Source: Patescibacteria group bacterium
GTDB lineage: Bacteria > Patescibacteriota > Patescibacteriia > XYB2-FULL-38-15
DNA length: 64,000 nt
Direction: 5' to 3'
Assembly: GCA_041653675.1 (NCBI GenBank)
Contig: JBAZEY010000006.1
Location: 837-64,836, forward strand
Below the pieces are notes generated by a model. The model worked only from the letters and a program-made list of their open reading frames with translations. It was not told the origin of the DNA and did no database searches. Numbering within the stretch: position 1 is the stretch's first letter; each line of letters starts with the position of its first letter. A program made the translations under genes and the position numbers. Positions 32,274-42,542 of this stretch are shown here, piece by piece.

Positions 32274-33176
32274 TTACTTTCTTTTTCTCTCAGCCAACTC
32301 TTCCCACAAAACAAGCGCCGGGCTTGCGATGAAAATTGAAGAGTAAGCGCCCAAACCAATACCGACAATCAAAGCCAGAGCAAAATATTTAACCGTCTCC
32401 CCTCCCCAGAAAAATACTGCCACGAGCGCGAGCAAAGTTGTGAGAGTTGTGTTTATTGAGCGGGCAAACGTTTGATTAACACTTTCATTTACAATCTTAT
32501 CAAAATTTTCATAATCTCCGCCGGCATGAATCAAATTTTCTCTAGTACGATCAAATACTACAATCGTATCGTTTACCGAATAACCCAAGATCGTTAAAAT
32601 CGCTGCGACAAAAGCGCTGTTCACTTCCACTCCGGCGAAATGTCCAAGTACAGCAAAAAGTCCAATAGGAATGCCGACGTCGTGAAGCAAGGCCAAAACG
32701 GCAATCATACCGTATTTCCAAGAAGCAACAGGTTTGGAAACTTTCCGAAAAGCCCAGGCGATGTAAAGAATAATACATATCAAAACAATCACCACGGAAT
32801 AAACCGCCTTGGCGCGTAATTCTTTACCAATTGTCGGCCCAATAGATTCAAATCTTTTCTCCTCTACTTCACCAAACTTTTCCCCAAGATGTTTTAAAAT
32901 TTCCTGATGTGTTTTTTCATCAACTGATTTAAAACGCAAGAGCATTCCCTCTTCTCCCACCGGCTGGATACTAACCTCTTCCGCGCCAAAATTTGCGAGA
33001 TCAGAAGCTAAATCCACGGTTGTCGGCCGATTTGCAAATGTCAGCTCCAAAAGCGATCCTCCCGTAAAATCAATGCCAAACTTCAGTCCCCATAACGAAA
33101 CGGCCACAATAGATAAGACAACTAGCGTGCCCGCGACAAGAAGCCAAAATTTTCTGTGTCCAATAATGTTAACCAT
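32274..33176 (-). CDS. secF: protein translocase subunit SecF
   Basis: GIDFTGG, HDV and GYSVNDTIVVFDR motifs. Confidence 0.95.
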   Translation of the reverse strand: MVNIIGHRKFWLLVAGTLVVLSIVAVSLWGLKFGIDFTGGSLLELTFANRPTTVDLASDLANFGAEEVSIQPVGEEGMLLRFKSVDEKTHQEILKHLGEKFGEVEEKRFESIGPTIGKELRAKAVYSVVIVLICIILYIAWAFRKVSKPVASWKYGMIAVLALLHDVGIPIGLFAVLGHFAGVEVNSAFVAAILTILGYSVNDTIVVFDRTRENLIHAGGDYENFDKIVNESVNQTFARSINTTLTTLLALVAVFFWGGETVKYFALALIVGIGLGAYSSIFIASPALVLWEELAERKRK

Positions 33177-33195
33177 ATTTATAAATTCAGATTAA

Positions 33196-35253
33196 TTACT
33201 TTTTATTTTTCACACCAAACAACCATGTCCCCTTATGAAACCACGGCGCGATAAAATTCAAAAGCGACCGCGTGATAAAAAGAGCTGAAAATAAACTCAT
33301 AATAACACCAACTGAAAGCGTCAGGGCAAAACCTTTAATCATACTCGTGGAAAACCAGAATAAAACTAAACAAGAAATCAAAGTAGTTAAATTTCCGTCA
33401 CGAATCGAAGGCCAGGCCCGCTTGAATGCCTCATCAATTGCCGAACCCAAAGGTTTTCCCCAGCGCAATTCTTCTTTTAATCTTTCAAAAATCAAAACAT
33501 TCGCGTCAATAGCCATACCTACTGACAAAACAAAGCCAGCGATACCAGCTAAGGTCAAAGTAACTGGGATTAATTTAAAGAGCGCGAGAACAAGTACAGC
33601 GTAACAAACCAACGACAAAGCGGAAAGCAAACCCGGTAAACGATAATATAAAATCATGAAAATAACTACAGCTAAGAACCCGAGTAAGCCAGCCATTAAG
33701 CTCTTTGCTACTGACTCTTGGCCCAAAGCCGCGCCAATTGTTTCCTGGCTAATCAAATTAATCGGCACTGGCAGAGCGCCGGCATTCAACCGTTGCGCCA
33801 AAAGTTTTGCTTCAGGAATTGTAAAGCTTCCGCTGATAACCGCCTGGCCATCTTTAATTGGTTCCTGAACGTTCGGAATGGATATTGCTTCACCGTCCAG
33901 GAAAATCGCTACTGGCTTGTTAACATTCCGTGTAGTAATTTCTCCAAATAATGTTTTTCCCTCATCATTAAATTCCAAAGCAACCTGCGGCTCGTTAGTA
34001 TTCGGATCAAATTGAACCTGGGCTTTTGTTAACTGTTTCCCCGTAAGACCGGTATAAGCCCATTCCTCGGCCGGAGGCAAAATTTCCGCTTCGGTTTTTT
34101 TATCAATTAAAATTCTTGAAACGCGGTATTCTTTAACTGCCCGTTCGTCTGTTTTATAAATTAAATGATATCCAAATTGTGTTTCAATTACGTCAGAAAT
34201 TTCTCCAACCTGCATAGAAAAAGTAGCATCTTCAAAAGGTTTAACCATCATCCCCTTGCCAAACCACCCCAAATCGCCGCCAGAAGTCGCCGCACCCGGT
34301 TCAGTGGAATTTGCTTTGACTAAATCAATAAAATTTTCCGCGGTCGCTTGTGTTTTCAATTCATCAATTTTTTTCTTGGCTTCTTCTTGAGTCAAACTAC
34401 CCGTGCAGCTCTGCGCGCCTTCCCAACAAATCAGTAAGTGATTGGCTTTAACCTCTTTTGAATCTTGTACTGCCGTTAATTTTAAAATGCCAATATTTTC
34501 GTCAGATTCGATCAAACCACTCACCCCGCCAACTTTAAGTTTTGCCGCGTCATCGTACCAATCTGAATATACTCCGTTTTTTGTAATAAAACCCAGGTCG
34601 CCGCCAACTTCTTTGGTTGCTTCATCCGTAGAATATTCTTTGACCAGAGCGGCAAAATCCGAGTTCTTTGCCCGGGCTTTTCTCAAAACTTCATTTGCTG
34701 TCTTTTTTGCCGCGGCATTATAATCGTTCATTTCTTTTTGCTGTTCGGCGGTCAGTTCTGTCGCGGTCGCAGTAGCTTGTTCTTTAAATTCTAAAAGCGG
34801 CGTTTCACCAATCATTTGAATTGCCTCTGACACATCTTTAATTCCGGCCAATTCCACAATCACCCGCTGGCTGTCTCCGGTACTCGTTGTCTGCACTACC
34901 GGCTCGGCCACGCCAAACGCGTTTACTCTTCGTTCAATCACGTCTCGCACGCCTTCAAGCGCGTCATCACGGTCTTTAGCAGGAATCGCCGAAGTATCCG
35001 CTTCATAAATCAAATGCGTTCCGCCTTGTAAATCAAGGCCGAGACGAAAAGGAATTTTATAAAATTCCGGCAAAGCAATGCCTGTGGTTTTTTTCAGCCA
35101 ATTTACTCCCTGATCATAATATTTTGGATAATCCAAAAATCCGGCAAGTACCGTGACGGCCAAAATTAAAATAATTAGCCACCAAACTTTAGCTCTGGCG
35201 GTCGTAAATAGCTTTTTTCCCGCGTTTGCGAAGAATCTTTTGATTTTGTTCAT
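33196..35253 (-). CDS. secD: SecD with inserted parvulin-type PPIase domains
   Basis: LGLDLQGG and DANVLIFER; two GGDLG(F/W) rotamase motifs, MVKPFE and TQFGYH. Confidence 0.93.
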   Translation of the reverse strand: MNKIKRFFANAGKKLFTTARAKVWWLIILILAVTVLAGFLDYPKYYDQGVNWLKKTTGIALPEFYKIPFRLGLDLQGGTHLIYEADTSAIPAKDRDDALEGVRDVIERRVNAFGVAEPVVQTTSTGDSQRVIVELAGIKDVSEAIQMIGETPLLEFKEQATATATELTAEQQKEMNDYNAAAKKTANEVLRKARAKNSDFAALVKEYSTDEATKEVGGDLGFITKNGVYSDWYDDAAKLKVGGVSGLIESDENIGILKLTAVQDSKEVKANHLLICWEGAQSCTGSLTQEEAKKKIDELKTQATAENFIDLVKANSTEPGAATSGGDLGWFGKGMMVKPFEDATFSMQVGEISDVIETQFGYHLIYKTDERAVKEYRVSRILIDKKTEAEILPPAEEWAYTGLTGKQLTKAQVQFDPNTNEPQVALEFNDEGKTLFGEITTRNVNKPVAIFLDGEAISIPNVQEPIKDGQAVISGSFTIPEAKLLAQRLNAGALPVPINLISQETIGAALGQESVAKSLMAGLLGFLAVVIFMILYYRLPGLLSALSLVCYAVLVLALFKLIPVTLTLAGIAGFVLSVGMAIDANVLIFERLKEELRWGKPLGSAIDEAFKRAWPSIRDGNLTTLISCLVLFWFSTSMIKGFALTLSVGVIMSLFSALFITRSLLNFIAPWFHKGTWLFGVKNKK

Positions 35254-35284
35254 AGATTAATTATACTAAACCAAAATTTTATTT

Positions 35285-35349
35285 CCTGAGCCTGTCGAAG
35301 GATAAAATTTAAGTTTCACTGCATCAGTTATGCCTTCGACAAGCTCAGG
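35285..35349. repeat. REP-like palindromic element
   Basis: CCTGAGCCTGTCGAAGG...CCTTCGACAAGCTCAGG. Confidence 0.75.
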
Positions 35350-35419
35350 CAATAACTGATTGGTAAATAAATAATTGTTTTAGCAGTTTAGCGCAGATTG
35401 ATTAAAGTGTAAAGTAGCC

Positions 35420-35707
35420 CTATCGCCCCGGTTTTATTACGATCTCTCCGTAATTTCCCTGCTCAATATCTGACACAAATCCGTTAAGGCCCTCCATCTG
35501 TTCATTTAGCTCGGCCATTTCAGCACGAAGTGTTTCCGCGCGGCTTGCGTCAATCGCTGGATCATTTAATTCAGTTTTTATTTCTTCAATTCTTATTCGC
35601 AATCCCTTCGCGTACTCTGTCATATCTCCGCCCAACTGCTCAATTTCTTCTGGAGATAAAACTTTTTCCGGACTCTCGGTTTCCGGACTTTTAAATTTTT
35701 CTGTCAT
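35420..35707 (-). CDS. small acidic coiled-coil hypothetical protein
   Basis: 95-aa ORF with backbone-like composition. Confidence 0.7.
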   Translation of the reverse strand: MTEKFKSPETESPEKVLSPEEIEQLGGDMTEYAKGLRIRIEEIKTELNDPAIDASRAETLRAEMAELNEQMEGLNGFVSDIEQGNYGEIVIKPGR

Positions 35708-35754
35708 ATATTGTATTTCTTGACCATTTTACACAAATTTGATACTTTTAATAT

Positions 35755-35943
35755 AGCCGTAGGGAGACCTGGCCGAAATCCCTACTTCTCCTTCTGGAGC
35801 TGGAATTTCCGGACCCAGTGATGGAAGGAGCGGACAGGCGAGGGGCTGCCGCGAGAGAGTTGGGATACCTCTTCATAAGGAGCAGACGTGCTTCTTGTGT
35901 TGTACCGAAACCCCGACGTCCCTCTCTCTCGCGGCCTTTTTTT
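35755..35943 (+). ncRNA. candidate structured non-coding RNA, family unassigned
   Basis: GC-rich intergenic tract; GTAGGGA/TCCCTAC, CTCCTTC/GAAGGAG and GCCGCGAGAGAG/CTCTCTCGCGGC stems, then a T-tract; TTGACC-17-TACTTT upstream. Confidence 0.5.
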
Positions 35944-38689
35944 ATTTTCCGCAACACTTTTTATATTTTTGTCCGCTGCCGCAAGGGCATGGATCATTTC
36001 TCCCAATTTTTTCTCCTTCCGCCGTTCGCGGTTTGGCTTTAATGTCGGCCGGAGCGTTGCGGCTGTCGCCCTCTTTTGCTGGCGCGGATAATTTTACACC
36101 TTGGCGTTGCATCAAAGACGGCGCGGTTTTTGTCTCCAGACCAACTTTATAAACATTATAAACAACTTCTCGATTTATAAAATGCATCAATTCCTGAAAC
36201 ATTCTGTATGTTTCTTTTTTATATTCCACAAGCGGATCGTGCTGGCCATAACCGCGGAGGCCAATGCCAGTGCGCAAATAATCAACCGCGCTCAAGTGAT
36301 CAACCCAAAGCGAATCAATCGCCCGAAGCATCATCGCCCGCTCAATCTGGCGCATAATTTTTTCTCCATCTTGTTTTATTTTTTCCGCCTGCTCGGAAAT
36401 TCTCTTTTCTAAATTTTCATAAGCTCCGCGCGCGAGTTCCATCAAATATTCAATGATGCGAGTCCGAACCGCCGCGTCATGCGCCTTGTCTCCGGCCCAA
36501 CGGCGAAGATCATCCATCTTAATCCGCGCTTCCGGCGCGACCGGAAAAATCGTTCCTACTACTTCGTAAATTTCTTCCAAATTCCAATCCCCTTCCTGCT
36601 CCGAAGCGGTATGAAATAAAACGACTTGCTCAATTTCATCTTCAACCATTTCCAAAACTTTTGTTTTGCTGTCTTCCGCCGCTAAAATGTCGCGGCGTTT
36701 TTTGTAAATAACTTCACGATGTTTATTTAAAACATCATCATAATCAAGCAAATGTTTTCTAATATCAAAGTTGTGTCCTTCTACGCGATGCTGGGCTGTT
36801 TCAAGTGAACGCGAAACCATCCGATTTTCAATCGGCATATCTTCCGGCATATTGAGCCGCGCCATCAAACCCTTCAGCCGGTCCCCGGCAAAAATTCTCA
36901 TCAAATCATCTCCAAGCGAAAGATAAAATTGCGAAGAACCAGGATCGCCCTGGCGTCCAGTGCGGCCGCGCAACTGATTATCAATTCGGCGAGACTCATG
37001 GCGCTCAGTACCAAGAATGTGCAAACCGCCTAATTCCCGAACCTTTTTCGCTTCTTCCGCCGAAGGCGGGTTCCCGCCTAAAATAATGTCTACGCCGCGG
37101 CCAGCCATATTTGTCGCGACCGTCACAGCGCCCTGCCGCCCGGCCTGAGCAATAATTTCTGCTTCTTTTTCATGATGTTTGGCATTTAAAACTTGATGCG
37201 GCACGCCTTCACGCTCGAGCATTTGGCTTAAAATTTCATTTTTTTCAATGGAAATTGTGCCGACCAAAACCGGCTGCCCCTTTTCGTGGCGTTCTTTGAT
37301 TTCTTGAACCACGGCCGTAAATTTTCCCTGCTCTGTTCGATAAATCCTGTCGGGCAGGTCCTTACGAATCATTGGCTTATTTGTCGGAATGGAAATAACT
37401 TCCAAACTATAAATTTTGGAAAACTCTTCCGCCTCGGTAAGCGCGGTACCGGTCATGCCAGCAAGTTTTTTGTAAAGCCTAAATAAATTTTGAAAAGTAA
37501 CTGTGGCCAAAGTTTTTGATTCTTCGCGGACGCGCACGCCTTCTTTTGCTTCAATCGCCTGATGCAAACCTTCGCTGTAGCGCCGGCCTATCATCAGTCG
37601 TCCGGTAAATTCATCCACAATTATTACTTCACCTTCCCCGCCTCGCGTCGGCTCGCCTTCGCGAGTCGAGGCGGGACGGACAACATAATCGCGGTCGCGT
37701 TTAAATAAAGTTTCGGCGCGCAGAGCCTGCTCAATATGATGAACCATGGTAATGCCACCTGAAGTATAAATATTTTCCACGCCGAGCAATTTTTCCATTT
37801 TGGTAATGCCCGCTCCGGTCAAGGTTGCCGCACGCATTTTTTCATCAATATTATAATCTTCATTTTCTTTCAAGCCGCGCACAAGATTGGCAAATTTTGC
37901 GTAAAGATCTCCCGACTCTTCGGCCGGCGCGGAAATAATCAAAGGTGTTCTTGCTTCATCAATTAAAATGCTATCAACTTCATCAATAATCGCATAATTC
38001 AATTCGCGCTGCGCCATGTTTTCCAAACTTGTCACCATGTTGTCGCGCAAATAATCAAAACCAAATTCATTATTCGTGCCATAAAGAATATCCGCGGCAT
38101 AAGCGTCTTTTCTCGGAACTGGTTTTAAAAATTCTTGAACGACTTTGAAACTGGCGGCCTGATCATCTCCCGATGGAGTCTCGTCTTTATATTCTGGATC
38201 ATACAAAAATGCCGCGTCATGTTGGATGCAGCCAACTGATAAACCCAGTGCGTGATAAACCTTCCCCATCCAAACCGCGTCTCTTTTCGCCAAATAATCA
38301 TTCACAGTGACAACATGGACGCCATTACCCGTTAGCGCGTTCAAATATACTGCCAAAGTCGCGGTCAAGGTTTTGCCTTCACCGGTTTTCATCTCGGCAA
38401 TTTGTCCGCGATGCAAAACAACGCCGCCAATTAACTGCGCGTCAAAATGTCGCTGGCCCAAAACGCGCTTGGCAGTTTCCCGGACTACGGCAAAAGCTTC
38501 CGGCAAAATATCGTCCAGTGTCTCGCCTTTCACCAACCGCTCCTTAAATTTTCCCGTCTCGTTTTTTAATTCTTCAAAAGAAAACGACTCGAATTTCGGT
38601 TCGAGTTCGTTTATTTGCCGAACAATCGGCTCTATTTTTTCAATTATTTTTTTATTCGGATCACCGAATATTTTAGTTAACAAACTCAT
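35942..38689 (-). CDS. secA: protein translocase ATPase SecA
   Basis: [30 protein letters not shown] and SEC-C CPCGS motifs. Confidence 0.98.
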   Translation of the reverse strand: MSLLTKIFGDPNKKIIEKIEPIVRQINELEPKFESFSFEELKNETGKFKERLVKGETLDDILPEAFAVVRETAKRVLGQRHFDAQLIGGVVLHRGQIAEMKTGEGKTLTATLAVYLNALTGNGVHVVTVNDYLAKRDAVWMGKVYHALGLSVGCIQHDAAFLYDPEYKDETPSGDDQAASFKVVQEFLKPVPRKDAYAADILYGTNNEFGFDYLRDNMVTSLENMAQRELNYAIIDEVDSILIDEARTPLIISAPAEESGDLYAKFANLVRGLKENEDYNIDEKMRAATLTGAGITKMEKLLGVENIYTSGGITMVHHIEQALRAETLFKRDRDYVVRPASTREGEPTRGGEGEVIIVDEFTGRLMIGRRYSEGLHQAIEAKEGVRVREESKTLATVTFQNLFRLYKKLAGMTGTALTEAEEFSKIYSLEVISIPTNKPMIRKDLPDRIYRTEQGKFTAVVQEIKERHEKGQPVLVGTISIEKNEILSQMLEREGVPHQVLNAKHHEKEAEIIAQAGRQGAVTVATNMAGRGVDIILGGNPPSAEEAKKVRELGGLHILGTERHESRRIDNQLRGRTGRQGDPGSSQFYLSLGDDLMRIFAGDRLKGLMARLNMPEDMPIENRMVSRSLETAQHRVEGHNFDIRKHLLDYDDVLNKHREVIYKKRRDILAAEDSKTKVLEMVEDEIEQVVLFHTASEQEGDWNLEEIYEVVGTIFPVAPEARIKMDDLRRWAGDKAHDAAVRTRIIEYLMELARGAYENLEKRISEQAEKIKQDGEKIMRQIERAMMLRAIDSLWVDHLSAVDYLRTGIGLRGYGQHDPLVEYKKETYRMFQELMHFINREVVYNVYKVGLETKTAPSLMQRQGVKLSAPAKEGDSRNAPADIKAKPRTAEGEKIGRNDPCPCGSGQKYKKCCGK

Positions 38690-38815
38690 AAATCAAATTA
38701 ATTTAGAAAGAAAACTATGATAATCATCACGTCTCGCCCCGCTTGAAGCCTCAAGATTAACACTAATTAAAATCAAATGGAAGCCGCCAGGCGTTTCCGT
38801 GGAACAGACATTAAA

Positions 38816-38878
38816 TTATTTTATAACTGACTTCGGGCTTTGTGCGGGGTCACCAAAAATCTTTTGAAGTAATGGCAT
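38816..38878 (-). pseudogene. 20-aa ORF homologous to the SecA N-terminus
   Basis: MPLLQKIFGDPAQSPKSVIK* versus Sec[15 protein letters not shown]. Confidence 0.6.
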
Positions 38879-38886
38879 AAAAATTT

Positions 38887-38984
38887 ACCCCCATACCAAT
38901 ATTTACAACTCTTCAGTGGGAGATTTTTATCTAAAATTATTTTGTTTATATTTTAAAATTCATTTCACGGATTGGTGTGGGGGT
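38887..38984. mobile_element. MITE-like element with 14-bp terminal inverted repeats
   Basis: ACCCCCATACCAAT ... ATTGGTGTGGGGGT. Confidence 0.65.
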
Positions 38985-39527
38985 TTACGGCACAAACACC
39001 GCCGCGGAAATAACAGTCGTCCACAAACCATTTTTATCGGCGATGGCCGACTGGGTAATGTTTGTTGTTTTAACTATTTTTCCACTGACTTTATAAATTT
39101 GTTCGCGCTCGTCCCAAGCCTGGTTGGAATCAAATTCCACGCCGAGTGTTGAAGCAAGCATGGAAGCGGCCAAATCTTCTGCATATTCTCCAGCTTTTTG
39201 ATCTGTTTCGCCAAATGGATGATGTTCTGATAGATATCCGTATTGAGCTGGGTCAGATGGCACGGCCAAACCAATTGACGAAGCTATAAGCCGGTTCGGC
39301 TCATTGGTTGCGTTTCTTGCCATGACGCAAAAAACCACTTCGCCAGCTTTAAGTTCAGTAAGCCCTTGAGTTTTGTTAATTATTTTACAACCCGGCGGAA
39401 AAATACTTGAAACACAGACAATGTTAAATTTTTCAATTCCGGCGTCTCGGAGCGCCGCTTCAAAAGACTGCAACATTTCTTTGTCCCGGCCGACTCCTTT
39501 CGTGAAAAAAACTTTACTTGGAACCAT
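38985..39527 (-). CDS. pdaD: pyruvoyl-dependent arginine decarboxylase
   Basis: [25 protein letters not shown] (SS autocleavage site) and GYLSEHH. Confidence 0.9.
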   Translation of the reverse strand: MVPSKVFFTKGVGRDKEMLQSFEAALRDAGIEKFNIVCVSSIFPPGCKIINKTQGLTELKAGEVVFCVMARNATNEPNRLIASSIGLAVPSDPAQYGYLSEHHPFGETDQKAGEYAEDLAASMLASTLGVEFDSNQAWDEREQIYKVSGKIVKTTNITQSAIADKNGLWTTVISAAVFVP

Positions 39528-39559
39528 CTCTTTAAAAATTAAAATTATGAATTAATAAA

Positions 39560-39988
39560 TTAAATTCCTTCGTCCCGCTCTCGTTTTCCTTTTATTTCCT
39601 CGTCTTCCGGCCGCACGCCTTTTGCCACGACTGTCATTCTTTTCGCCAGCCGCGCACCGCGTTTTACTTTCGCGTCTTTAGTGCCTTTATAAGATTTGAT
39701 CTGCCTCTCCAATTCTTTTTTCACGAGGACAATCGCTTGGCGCAAATCTTTGTGCGTTTCCTCTGCCCGCAAAATTTTTCCCGGCAAACGAAGATCTGCT
39801 TCGGCAAGATAAACCATTTCTCCGGTTTTATGATGTTTGCTTGTCCGCGCCACTTCTACCCAAACCTCAGCCACGCCGTCGGCATCATAGGTCGGAATAA
39901 ATTTTGCCAAGCCGCCGATTTTTTCATCAACAAAAACATCAATACTTTCAATCGGTTCTAAGTTTGTCCATTTTAAATTAATTTTCAT
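39560..39988 (-). CDS. ribosome hibernation factor HPF/RaiA
   Basis: S30AE-like fold; HHKTG...AE..LPGKILRAE pattern. Confidence 0.85.
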   Translation of the reverse strand: MKINLKWTNLEPIESIDVFVDEKIGGLAKFIPTYDADGVAEVWVEVARTSKHHKTGEMVYLAEADLRLPGKILRAEETHKDLRQAIVLVKKELERQIKSYKGTKDAKVKRGARLAKRMTVVAKGVRPEDEEIKGKRERDEGI

Positions 39989-40050
39989 AAAATAGCAATA
40001 AATTTATATTAAAACATTATAACACTACGGCACTAATTTTCAATCATTCT

Positions 40051-41043
40051 CTAAAATCCCACGTATTCTATTTCTTCCTGCAATTGTATCCCTGTCTCGT
40101 CGCGGACTTTTGTTTTTACTAAACTCGCGAGGGCAATAACATCAGCCGCCGTCGCCCCTCCCGCGTTCACGATAAAATTGGCGTGCTTCTCGGAAATTTT
40201 TGCCCCGCCGATTTGTTTTCCTCTCAGGTCGCACTGAGTTATAAGCCACGCCGCGGGAATTTTCCCTTTCTCTAAATAATCAGCTGGCACATCTTCATGG
40301 GCATGTTCTTTTATTGTTTTTACTATCTCGTCTGTAACTTCCACATTTTTCATAAACGATCCGGCGGAAGGATCCTGTGGAATTTTTCCGTCTCGGGCCG
40401 CGAAAATTTTATCCATTTCCTCTTTTATTTTATTTTTATCTCCCGGAACTAATTTAAAAATAACTTTCAAAACAATTCCACCTTCGCGCTTAAAAATACT
40501 TTCTCTATATCCAAACTTACAATCTTCTTTGCTATAACTTTTCACTTTTAATTTTTCTAAGGCCTCCACTCTTTCTATTGCCTCGCTTGTAGATTTTCCG
40601 TACGCCCCGGCATTTCCTCGTACCGCTCCGCCAACCGTCCCCGGAATTCCCGCTGCCCATTCCAGGCCAGTTAGACTATTCTCCATCGCCACGTTAACAA
40701 TTTCAGCTAATTTCACTCCCGCATCTGATTCAATTTTTGCCATGCCCCGCACCGAGCTTTGCTCTGGTGCGCGGGTACCTTGAACTTCGTATTTAGTATT
40801 TTGTATTTTTACAACTAGTCCATCAAAGCCGACATCAGAAAATAAAACATTACTCCCGCCGCTCAAAACAAAAATTTTCAAACCTAAATCTTTCGCCGCT
40901 TCCGCCGCTTTCACAATTTCCTCGGAACTTTTGGCAACAAAAAAATATCTGGCCAGTCCGCCGATTTTAAAAGTGCAATGGTTGGCGAGCGGTTCATTCT
41001 CCAAAACTCCCTCGCCTAATTTTTCTCTCAATTTATTTATCAT
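40051..41043 (-). CDS. murB: UDP-N-acetylenolpyruvoylglucosamine reductase
   Basis: GGSNVL, GIPGTVGGA..NAGAYG, SAGSF and KHANF; likely start at 41043. Confidence 0.95.
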   Translation of the reverse strand: MINKLREKLGEGVLENEPLANHCTFKIGGLARYFFVAKSSEEIVKAAEAAKDLGLKIFVLSGGSNVLFSDVGFDGLVVKIQNTKYEVQGTRAPEQSSVRGMAKIESDAGVKLAEIVNVAMENSLTGLEWAAGIPGTVGGAVRGNAGAYGKSTSEAIERVEALEKLKVKSYSKEDCKFGYRESIFKREGGIVLKVIFKLVPGDKNKIKEEMDKIFAARDGKIPQDPSAGSFMKNVEVTDEIVKTIKEHAHEDVPADYLEKGKIPAAWLITQCDLRGKQIGGAKISEKHANFIVNAGGATAADVIALASLVKTKVRDETGIQLQEEIEYVGF

Positions 41044-41143
41044 AACATCAACAAGTTTAGCAGAAATTGAATACAAAGACAAGAATAAAAAAGCCCGCAC
41101 CAGCCAAACTCCGACGAACCGGAATTGACCAATGCGGGCATCA

Positions 41144-41602
41144 TCACGAAGCTACGCGATGCAGTGCCTCCGCAAGAGTTGCGGGACGGTCTTCGCCCTC
41201 CCACTCGTGGATAACGAACTCACGCAGCCACTTGCCTCCGAAGTCGGCCGTATAATCATACGGTCCGCCGCCGAAGCGAGGACCTCGCTTGTATCCAAGG
41301 ATGCGGTCGTAGACCGCCTGTCCTGCCGCCTCCCCCTTCCGGCAAAACTCATCGAACTTCGCTTGATCCGCAGAAACTTGGATCAACGCCGCCTTGTGCT
41401 CATCTTCACCGCGCCCATCCAAGTCGTACCAACAGAGAAGAATGTGCTGACCCGGAGCGACCGTCACCCGGAAGTAACAGTCGCCATGCGACTTCCGCGT
41501 TGGACATTCGACCAGCACCTTCGCCCCGTCGGTTTCCAGACGCCCGTAGTAACCGGAGGGCGAATCGTACTCGGAAAAGTAGAAAGAACAAACCCCAGCC
41601 AT
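41144..41602 (-). CDS. GC-rich hypothetical protein
   Basis: GGGAGGGAG upstream of ATG, TTGACA-17-TAATAT (41722-41750) and a long hairpin plus T-tract at 41088-41140. Confidence 0.6.
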   Translation of the reverse strand: MAGVCSFYFSEYDSPSGYYGRLETDGAKVLVECPTRKSHGDCYFRVTVAPGQHILLCWYDLDGRGEDEHKAALIQVSADQAKFDEFCRKGEAAGQAVYDRILGYKRGPRFGGGPYDYTADFGGKWLREFVIHEWEGEDRPATLAEALHRVAS

Positions 41603-41771
41603 TTTACCACTCCCTCCCTTTATTCAACTCGCTCAATTCTTCATCAAGCGAGTGTAAATTTTCACTCTTGGCTCTTACCCGCCGGCGCACCATGCGACCG
41701 ACAAGCATTTGCCAATGCTTTATATTATTACCCTTTTACCTTTTTGTCAATAAGATGTATAATTTCAAATT

Positions 41772-42542
41772 ATGGATAAATCTTGTCAAAAAATAGAATC
41801 TGACGATCCGCTGGCCGAGAAGAAATATTCGCCGGTTAAAGGGATTGTCCGCAAATATTCTGACCGGGTGATCTTTTGTCCGACCTACGCCTGCCCCTCG
41901 CACTGCGATTTTTGTTTTAGAAAAAATTTGGTTGACGGAAAAAACGGCGAGCTTAGTGAAAGCGAAATGTCCGCGGCAATTGATTATATTAAAAAAAATA
42001 AAACCATCCGCGAAGTGATTTTGTCCGGCGGCGATCCATTATTTTTGAGTGAAAAAACTTTGTCGGATATTTTAAAAAAACTCCGCGTGATTCCGCATAT
42101 CAAACTTTTGCGCGTCCACACCCGGATTCCGGTTACGTTTCCAGGACGTGTCACAAAAAAACTTGTGGCCATTTTTAAAAACGCCGCGCCGATTTGGATT
42201 GTCGTTCACATCAATCATCCAAGAGAAATAACGCCGCAATTTAAAAAAGCTGTCACGGAATTAAGAATAGTAGGCATTCCCCTTCTCTCCCAATCGGTTT
42301 TACTCCGCAACGTAAACGACAATGCGGAAACTTTAAAAAAATTATTTTACGGACTCGTGGAACTTGGCGTGAAGCCGTATTATTTACATCAATGCGATCC
42401 GGCGCGCGGCACAAAAAAATATTGGGTTAACATAAAAAAAGGTAAAAAAATAATGCGCCAATTGCGCAAAGAAATTTCCGGAATTTGTCTTCCGACTTAT
42501 GTCCAAGACTCGCCGCACCGCGGAAAAAATCCCTTATTTTAA
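41772..42542 (+). CDS. KamA/EpmB-family radical SAM protein (short)
   Basis: CPSHCDFCFRK, SGGDPL, HINHP, QSVLL and PYYLHQ motifs. Confidence 0.88.
   Translation: MDKSCQKIESDDPLAEKKYSPVKGIVRKYSDRVIFCPTYACPSHCDFCFRKNLVDGKNGELSESEMSAAIDYIKKNKTIREVILSGGDPLFLSEKTLSDILKKLRVIPHIKLLRVHTRIPVTFPGRVTKKLVAIFKNAAPIWIVVHINHPREITPQFKKAVTELRIVGIPLLSQSVLLRNVNDNAETLKKLFYGLVELGVKPYYLHQCDPARGTKKYWVNIKKGKKIMRQLRKEISGICLPTYVQDSPHRGKNPLF

Noticed and set aside
35755-35943. Naming the RNA as SRP, tmRNA or RNase P
   Set aside because: Diagnostic motifs were not recognisable, so it is left unassigned
41132-41779. 215-aa plus-strand ORF
   Set aside because: The minus-strand ORF has the SD, promoter and terminator; this one is its shadow
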